Shown here one piece after another: positions 57,704-64,000 of a stretch of 64,000 bases of DNA; position 1 is the first letter of the stretch, and each line of letters starts with the position of its first letter. Origin of the DNA: Bdellovibrio sp. (GTDB lineage: Bacteria; Bdellovibrionota; Bdellovibrionia; Bdellovibrionales; Bdellovibrionaceae); the NCBI GenBank assembly GCA_036677065.1, contig JAKFBS010000002.1, positions 768,001-832,000 on the forward strand, read 5' to 3'. The position numbers were made by a program, and so were the translations under genes. The notes under the pieces are model-generated. The model searched no databases. It saw nothing but the letters and a program-made list of their open reading frames with translations, and was not told the DNA's origin.

Positions 57704-58743
57704 TAGTTTCCTGGTTCGATATCGATCACTTCTGAGACTAAGGTTCCGATTTTGATTTTAGCTTCGACGCGCAAGATGTATTTATGTTCGTCATCTGAAA
57801 CCCAGATAAAAATATCACCGGTTTGCGATAACGCCCCACGAGTTACAATGCTGGCTTTAATCTTAATTGCGTTAAAGTCACCAGCTTCAGTGTTTAGCTT
57901 TTCTTTACCGACAGCTGTGCCAGTAAACACGATATTTTTTTTATCTTCGGCTACACGAAAAGAAACTTGTTTGCCTTCTTTCCAGTTAAATATACGCATG
58001 TAAAATAAACCGCTAAATGCATTTTGCGAAAATGGTAAGATATCCCATGTGAATTTACGTTCTTCTTCGCCTGATTTTTCAGTGTATTTTTTCTCCCAAA
58101 AGCTTGCAGTCAGAGTTTCATTATTAAAATAAGATTGGGATTGGGCTAATTTACCGGTCTCTTTGATGTTAATTTTCAACACATGCGGCATTAACGTTTC
58201 GTAATCTAAAAAAGTATCAACCCGGTCTTCAACAGAATAAAAATTTGAAAACACACGGCTGGATTGCAGACTGACTGAAAAATTATAGCTTTTACGGTTA
58301 TTAACCTGAGCAAAAGGCTTAACTTGCATGGTTAAAGTTCCGGCTTTAGCAGAAAAGTAGCTGACTTCGTGAATGACTTTTTCACCGACCTTAAATGGAT
58401 CAACATTCGGTCTACGCGAATTTCCGGCAAAACCTTCGCTATCTTCGATTTCTGGCTGACGCTTTGTCGACACTTCGACTTTTTTTACGTCGGTTTTTTT
58501 TGTTTTTAATTTTTTTAATTCTTTTTTGACTGCAACTTCTTTAGCGGCTGCCGGCTGAGGCTTTTCCTCAACTTTTGCAGCCTCGGCTTTTGGGGCTTCA
58601 ACAACATCGTCTTCTTCAGTCTGAATTTTTACTTCACGTTCAAACTCTTCGTTTTTAAAAAACTTATCTTGTTTTTCGTACTTTAAAAATTTGCTCGAAC
58701 AGCTCGATAAGGCTATGAAGAAAACTAAGCTAATCATTGTCAT
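57703..58743 (-). CDS. DUF3108-like lipoprotein
   Basis: Lipobox LSS-C; PF.VGE..AG, FY.V.D, T.AG.F, IWVSDD..K; ATG overlaps the upstream TGA. Confidence 0.7.
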   Translation of the reverse strand: MTMISLVFFIALSSCSSKFLKYEKQDKFFKNEEFEREVKIQTEEDDVVEAPKAEAAKVEEKPQPAAAKEVAVKKELKKLKTKKTDVKKVEVSTKRQPEIEDSEGFAGNSRRPNVDPFKVGEKVIHEVSYFSAKAGTLTMQVKPFAQVNNRKSYNFSVSLQSSRVFSNFYSVEDRVDTFLDYETLMPHVLKINIKETGKLAQSQSYFNNETLTASFWEKKYTEKSGEEERKFTWDILPFSQNAFSGLFYMRIFNWKEGKQVSFRVAEDKKNIVFTGTAVGKEKLNTEAGDFNAIKIKASIVTRGALSQTGDIFIWVSDDEHKYILRVEAKIKIGTLVSEVIDIEPGN

Positions 58744-59612
58744 TCGAAATCCTTCCACCGGCGATGTACCCACATCCACTGATCTGGATACTGTCGGATG
58801 ATATTTTCTAACGTCGCATTAAAACGATTCGTTATAATGCGACGTGCTTCTTGTTTATCATCGGTCGGAACATCATCAATTTTGATCGCCGAGCCAATAC
58901 CAATATGCAGCTTTTTATTATCATCCCAATATGTATAAAGTGGCAACACCGGAGCCTTAGTCTTCACGGCAAATACAGCTAGACCATAGGCGGTGCCGGT
59001 TTTTTTACCGAAAAATTCGGTCTCGATCCCATAGGGTTTACCCATAAACTGATCGAGAACAAAAACTACGGCGCGTTTTAGGCGCAGGGCTTTTAAAATA
59101 TCAAAGGCATTCTGTTTACTATGAGCATCAATAATTTCGGTTTTCGATTTTGTGCGCAAATAAAACCAAAACTCATCGACAAAAACATTTGTAAATCGTT
59201 TCGAGATCAAACTTAACGGAACGACTTTATCGCTCATTACGGCAGCGGCCAAATCTGCCCCACCCAAATGCAGGGTTAAAAAGAAAAAGCCTTGATCCTT
59301 GGGTACATTTTCCAAACCGTGAAAAACGATATTATCTTTAACCCATTTATCATTTACATAGGGCACACGGCCAAGATCAACTAAGCCACGGCCAAGAACG
59401 TAAATAGATTTTCGCATCCACTGTTTTTTGGTTTCTTCTGAAGTTCCGGGAAATGCAATATCGATATTGTCATACACTACTTTTTTTCTTAGCTGTAAAA
59501 CATCGACCCATAACCAGGCCCAAAAACGCGCAAAAAAATCATTAAACGCCCAAGGCAGCAAATGAATAACGAACGCATAGATGTTACTAAATAATCTTGC
59601 TAAGCGTCGCAC
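58740..59612 (-). CDS. lpxL: Lipid A late acyltransferase (LpxL/LpxP family)
   Basis: HLGGAD (HxxxxD), DQ, FFG, PDQWMWVHRRWK. Confidence 0.85.
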   Translation of the reverse strand: MRRLARLFSNIYAFVIHLLPWAFNDFFARFWAWLWVDVLQLRKKVVYDNIDIAFPGTSEETKKQWMRKSIYVLGRGLVDLGRVPYVNDKWVKDNIVFHGLENVPKDQGFFFLTLHLGGADLAAAVMSDKVVPLSLISKRFTNVFVDEFWFYLRTKSKTEIIDAHSKQNAFDILKALRLKRAVVFVLDQFMGKPYGIETEFFGKKTGTAYGLAVFAVKTKAPVLPLYTYWDDNKKLHIGIGSAIKIDDVPTDDKQEARRIITNRFNATLENIIRQYPDQWMWVHRRWKDFE

Positions 59613-60564
59613 GCAAGGCTTCCTTATCCTGAGGGCTAAATTGCAATTTTAATGAGATCGCCAGAGTCTGAGCTTTAAGATCGGTATCAGTGATTTTAAC
59701 TAAATCTTTTTCAGTAGCACACAGAACACTGTCAGGAAATTTTGCGCGCCATTGTGTTAAAATATCACTTTGATCAGCTAGCGAATACGCATGGTGATCT
59801 GGGTAAACCAAGTGATTAACGATATTATATCCACTGGCTTCTAAATTATTTTTAAGCTGTGTCGGGTTACCAATAGCCGAGTATAAAAATAAATTCTTAT
59901 TCTCTGAATTCACAACCGATAAAGCTTTAGATTCAAAAAAAGGATGATTATGCGTCTTCAAATAGTCGCGAAAGTATCTAAATGTTTCTAAATTCGCATT
60001 ATTAACTTTAGTTAATATCACAAAATTTGAACGTAAGACTTGGTCAATATCTTCACGCAAATGCCCAAAAGGCAGTAGCTGATAGTGTGACATTGGCTGA
60101 GAAACATCGATTAAAACAATGTCTAAATGACGCTTTAAAGTACGGTGAGAAAAACCATCATCAACAATCACGACATCTATTTTTTGTTTTAGGTCATGGT
60201 AACGATCTAAAGCAAATTCAACGGTATCTGTTTTATGTGGACCACTCCAGACAAACACATGCGGCGCTAATTTTTTAAGAAGACAAGCTTCATCGCCATA
60301 CATAAAAGTATGTTTTAAATTTTCCAGGGTAACTTCAGCAGGCTGGGGAAGTTTGGCTTTATAGCTTTTAGCGACGACTAAGATGTTTTCACCTTCTAAT
60401 AGCGAAATAACTTCTAACACTACAGGCGTTTTGCCGGTGCCACCTGTTGTCAGGTTTCCGATAGAAATAACCGGTACTCCAAATTTTTCAGGTTTGAACC
60501 AGCCCATATCATACATCGCGTTTTTTGCGGTTATAATTAAATGATAGGGGTTTAAATATTTCAT
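59587..60564 (-). CDS. lpxK: Tetraacyldisaccharide 4'-kinase
   Basis: ISIGNLTTGGTGKTP, GDE, DDGFSH, LLPFGHLRE, PDHH, TEKD. Confidence 0.95.
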   Translation of the reverse strand: MKYLNPYHLIITAKNAMYDMGWFKPEKFGVPVISIGNLTTGGTGKTPVVLEVISLLEGENILVVAKSYKAKLPQPAEVTLENLKHTFMYGDEACLLKKLAPHVFVWSGPHKTDTVEFALDRYHDLKQKIDVVIVDDGFSHRTLKRHLDIVLIDVSQPMSHYQLLPFGHLREDIDQVLRSNFVILTKVNNANLETFRYFRDYLKTHNHPFFESKALSVVNSENKNLFLYSAIGNPTQLKNNLEASGYNIVNHLVYPDHHAYSLADQSDILTQWRAKFPDSVLCATEKDLVKITDTDLKAQTLAISLKLQFSPQDKEALRATLSKII

Positions 60565-61745
60565 ATGTGTTTTGCTAAAGCCGCACCAACACGTGCAGTA
60601 GCTCCCACATCACCTAATAGATACTGCACTTGGGCTAATTTTTTGATGGTCGCCTGAGTGTAGGCTTCATCATTGATAAATTTTTCTAATAACGGAATGA
60701 TATTTTCACTTGTAGCATCAGCTTGCAAAAGCTCTGGTACGACTTCTTCGTTCATGACCAGATTCACTAAGCCGAAGTATTTAATCCCGCGAACCAAGAT
60801 GCGAGCTATTACGCCCGAGAGCCACTTCATGCGATAAATGATCACCATCGGTTTTTGCAGTAAGCCCACCATCAAAGTGGCTGTACCGGAAGTCGCTAGA
60901 ATATAATGAGCTAAGGCGATCATTTTATTTGGGTCATCTTGAATTAAAATGTACGGCATTTTAACATCAGCAGAATTTTCATCGATAAAGTCGCGAATGT
61001 AGTCTTTTGTTAATGTCGGAGCCACAAAGATCATAATTCGTAAAAAATTATATTTTTTAGCTAAAGCACGCGCCACTTCAAGCTGCACGCCAAAGTTTAG
61101 CTGAATTTCGCTTTTGCGCGAGCCTGGCATTAATGCCAGAACTTTTTCATTTGGACTAATGCCGTATTTTTGCCGAGATAATTCTTGTTGTTTTAAATCT
61201 AACAAATTTTGATCAATGTCTTCCAGTAACGGATGACCCACGAATTCGTGAGGAACGTTATGTTCTTCGTAAAACGCTTTTTCAAATGGAAATAGCAAAA
61301 ATACTTTATCGCAAACTTTTTTAATATTGTGAATACGGCCTTTTCTCCAGGCCCATACTTGCGGAGAAATATAATAAAATACTTTAATACCGTGGGCGCC
61401 CAATTTTTGCTTTAAGGTTTTAGCCAGCTTTAAATTAAAATCCGGGTAATCCAGCAATAATAAAAATTTAGGTTTAATGCGAATGGCTTCTTCGACTAAT
61501 TTTTCAAAAACAGCTTTTAATTCACTGTAGTGAGCAATCACTTCGGCAACACCGACAACAGCCATATCTTCAGATTTACCAAAGCGGCGCATACCGAAGT
61601 CTTCCATGGCTTGTGAACCAACACCGCAAATATCCAGATCGATATTATGCTCTTTCCAATACTTCATCAATTTTAGCGCGTAATACGCACTAGAAGCTTC
61701 GGCGGCCACAATCATAATCTGCGGCTTGCTATTTGTATTACTCAA
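60561..61745 (-). CDS. lpxB: Lipid-A-disaccharide synthase
   Basis: AAEAS, DYPDFN, SPQVWAWR, VGHPL, PGSRKSE, SGTATL. Confidence 0.97.
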   Translation of the reverse strand: MSNTNSKPQIMIVAAEASSAYYALKLMKYWKEHNIDLDICGVGSQAMEDFGMRRFGKSEDMAVVGVAEVIAHYSELKAVFEKLVEEAIRIKPKFLLLLDYPDFNLKLAKTLKQKLGAHGIKVFYYISPQVWAWRKGRIHNIKKVCDKVFLLFPFEKAFYEEHNVPHEFVGHPLLEDIDQNLLDLKQQELSRQKYGISPNEKVLALMPGSRKSEIQLNFGVQLEVARALAKKYNFLRIMIFVAPTLTKDYIRDFIDENSADVKMPYILIQDDPNKMIALAHYILATSGTATLMVGLLQKPMVIIYRMKWLSGVIARILVRGIKYFGLVNLVMNEEVVPELLQADATSENIIPLLEKFINDEAYTQATIKKLAQVQYLLGDVGATARVGAALAKHI

Positions 61746-62662
61746 GATTTAATCTCCGCTAAGATCTTTTCGATATTAGCTAGCGCAAGACTGGCCTCTT
61801 CGCCAGTGATGGCTACAGGAACTTCCTTTTTAACAGCGCGAATAAAATGATTAATTTCAAGATTTAGTGAATCCACTTTTTCGATATTGAATTTTTCAGT
61901 CTTATAAAATGGATCACCGGCTTCGCCGGTTAAAATTTCACCTTCAAGAGTTGCGGTATTTACAAAGATCGTGCGATCAGTTTGCACGGCTCGGTAATTA
62001 CGAACAATTGTCGGATTTAAACGTGAATTGTTAATAGTCACTTGCACGCCTGATTTTAACTGTAGGCGCACTGACACATCATCAATCGTGTCTTTAATAA
62101 ATTTATGGCCGTACACCATAAATTTTTCGATATCAGAATTAAATAGATATTGAATCAAATCTAAATCGTGAATCATCAAATCGTGTAACACACTCACATC
62201 AGCACCGCGGGCGCGAAATGGAGCTAAACGGTTAATTTCGAAATATTTAGTTTTAGCCGCTGATTCTTTAACGATTTTATATGACGGGTTAAAACGTTCA
62301 ATATGGCCCACTGAAAACACCACATTGTTAGCTTTTGCTAATGCAGCTAGTTCATACCCCTGCTGGCTAGTTGCTGCGATTGGTTTTTCAACTAACACAG
62401 CGATTTTATTTTTAAGAAAGAATGCAGCTAATTCATAGTGTGCTTGGGTAGCTGCTGCGATAGTCACGAAATCCACTTGTGACGGAATCTCTTCTAAAGT
62501 TTTAAAAGCTTGTACCCCAAGATCGCCGGCGATCTTGTCAGCTTGTGGTGCGTACTGATCAAAAACACCAACTAAGGTGGCGTGTTCAGACGCTTTAACT
62601 TTTTGCGCGTGAAAATTACCTAAATAACCAACACCAATAACGGCACCACGAAGTTTACTCAT
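61742..62662 (-). CDS. gnnA: Gfo/Idh/MocA oxidoreductase, probable UDP-GlcNAc 3-dehydrogenase
   Basis: GVGYLGNFH, VEKP, VGHIERFNP, R..DVSV..DLMIHDLD; located between lpxA and lpxB. Confidence 0.7.
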   Translation of the reverse strand: MSKLRGAVIGVGYLGNFHAQKVKASEHATLVGVFDQYAPQADKIAGDLGVQAFKTLEEIPSQVDFVTIAAATQAHYELAAFFLKNKIAVLVEKPIAATSQQGYELAALAKANNVVFSVGHIERFNPSYKIVKESAAKTKYFEINRLAPFRARGADVSVLHDLMIHDLDLIQYLFNSDIEKFMVYGHKFIKDTIDDVSVRLQLKSGVQVTINNSRLNPTIVRNYRAVQTDRTIFVNTATLEGEILTGEAGDPFYKTEKFNIEKVDSLNLEINHFIRAVKKEVPVAITGEEASLALANIEKILAEIKS

Positions 62663-62665
62663 AGA

Positions 62666-63484
62666 CTACTCTTCCATAGACGGGGTAGATGCATTTTGAC
62701 GATGAATGGCAATACCGCGTTTAGATGATCTAACGAAATGAATAAGGGCTGCGATATTTTCTGATTGAGTACATTCGCTTTGAATACGCGCTAACGCCTC
62801 ATCCACTGTACCGTGACCCATGATAATAATACGAATCGCTTTATGAATATTTGAAACTTCTTCTTTAGAAAAACCTTTACGTAAAAGGCCCACTTTATTC
62901 GTTGCACGAACTACCGCGTAGTTACCTTGCGCGCGCGAAAACGGAAGAATATCTTTATTCACAATACTAGAACCCGCCACAAATGAATAACGGCCGATTT
63001 TAGAAAATTGATTAAAGGCACAAACCCCACCAATCACTACGTTGTCTTCAACTTCACAGTGACCACCGAAGTGCGAGTTATTCGCAACGATAACGTTATT
63101 ACCGATTTTGCAATCATGGCCAACATGAGAATACGCCATGAAATAGCAGTTATTCCCGATTTGCGTTGTCGCATCCCCTTTTGAGGTCGCTAAATTGAAT
63201 GTGGTAAATTCGCGAATAACGTTATTATCACCGATGATCAATTTCGTTGGTTCTGATTTATAACTGATATCCTGAGGCGGCCCGCCGATCACTGCGCCCG
63301 GAAGAATATGATTATTCTTTCCGATTTCAACGATTCCATAGCGCGAACCGATCGAACAATGGCCTTCGATAAAAGTGCCTTTGCCGATTTTTACATGACC
63401 TTGAATATTACAGTAAGGTCCGATCTCAACATCTTCGTCTAACTTCACGTCGGCCGAAATGACCGACGATGGATGAATTTTCAT
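62666..63484 (-). CDS. lpxA: UDP-GlcNAc(3N) acyltransferase LpxA
   Basis: Hexapeptide repeats, GGPPQD, IREF, MAYSHVGHDC; helical C-terminal domain. Confidence 0.95.
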   Translation of the reverse strand: MKIHPSSVISADVKLDEDVEIGPYCNIQGHVKIGKGTFIEGHCSIGSRYGIVEIGKNNHILPGAVIGGPPQDISYKSEPTKLIIGDNNVIREFTTFNLATSKGDATTQIGNNCYFMAYSHVGHDCKIGNNVIVANNSHFGGHCEVEDNVVIGGVCAFNQFSKIGRYSFVAGSSIVNKDILPFSRAQGNYAVVRATNKVGLLRKGFSKEEVSNIHKAIRIIIMGHGTVDEALARIQSECTQSENIAALIHFVRSSKRGIAIHRQNASTPSMEE

Positions 63485-63517
63485 AAGCTAATCTCTGCTG
63501 GTAACGAGTTTTGAAAA

Positions 63518-64000
63518 CTATTTTTCTTTATCAAAAGCAGTTAATACGTCATTTGTAACGTTAACTTCAGTTGAAGCGTAAACTACGATTGGAGTTGCTT
63601 GGCTAGATTGGATAACCATAGAAAGACCTTTGTCTTTAGCAACACGCTCGATAACTTTTTTAATTTTTTCAACAATTGGAGCCACTAAATCATTTTCTTT
63701 TTTAGCTAACTCAGTTTGTGCTTTTTGCGCACCTTGGTTGAATTTCATCATCTCTTCTTGTAATTCCTGAGCTTTTTTACCAAAAGCTTCTTCAGATAAT
63801 ACAGAACGTTTTTTCTCGATATCTTCACGCATTTTTTCGATATCAGCTTTTTTCTTTTCTAATTCTTTGTTCTTTTTTTCTTGGTCTTTTTTAAGTTCTT
63901 CAAAAGCTTTTTTGCCAGATTTAGAATTTTTGATAACTTCTTGTACGTCGACAAAGCCCATTTTAAATTCAGCGTGAGCTGACATAGCTACCATCATTAC
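63518..64000 (-). CDS. skp: Periplasmic chaperone Skp/OmpH (N-terminus off the window)
   Basis: End of signal peptide ..SAHA, KMGFVD, long coiled coil, VA...G..MV, NVT..V. Confidence 0.9.
   Translation of the reverse strand, partial: VMMVAMSAHAEFKMGFVDVQEVIKNSKSGKKAFEELKKDQEKKNKELEKKKADIEKMREDIEKKRSVLSEEAFGKKAQELQEEMMKFNQGAQKAQTELAKKENDLVAPIVEKIKKVIERVAKDKGLSMVIQSSQATPIVVYASTEVNVTNDVLTAFDKEK

Overview
AT-rich bacterial chromosome segment, mostly minus-strand. Gene content points to a predatory Bdellovibrionota (Bdellovibrionaceae-like) organism; this is inferred from the S74-chaperoned mosaic fibre, a TIGR02147-type gene and the pilB-pilT-pilC-pilS-pilR order. Housekeeping blocks: mutL-miaA-yicC-gmk-rpoZ-rel/spoT (partial); rimP-nusA-infB-rbfA-truB-rpsO-[two-gene insert]-pnp-M16 peptidase-dut; ribF-aroE-like-pilB-pilT-like-pilC-pilS-pilR-mipA-like; a CHASE2 kinase with a sigma54 regulator; and skp (partial)-lpxA-gnnA-like-lpxB-lpxK-lpxL-like-DUF3108-GT9. 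One tRNA-Leu(CAA) is present. The best leads are: (i) next to the tRNA, a phage-tail-like fibre gene with a sigma28-like promoter, overlapping a 28-repeat LVIVD beta-propeller gene that carries the same two-Cys 'C..G..Y..CnGtxW' module, divergent from a TIGR02147 HTH gene; (ii) a secreted lysozyme/SLT-like gene plus a small CGSGLC gene inserted between rpsO and pnp, a possible enzyme-immunity pair; (iii) a lipoprotein gene flanked by a 29-bp palindromic duplication of its neighbour's 3' end; (iv) degenerate PilT and AroE proteins; and (v) structured rpsO and rimP leaders. No CRISPR array, rRNA, transposase or integrase was seen. All calls come from reading motifs by eye; no database searches were run.
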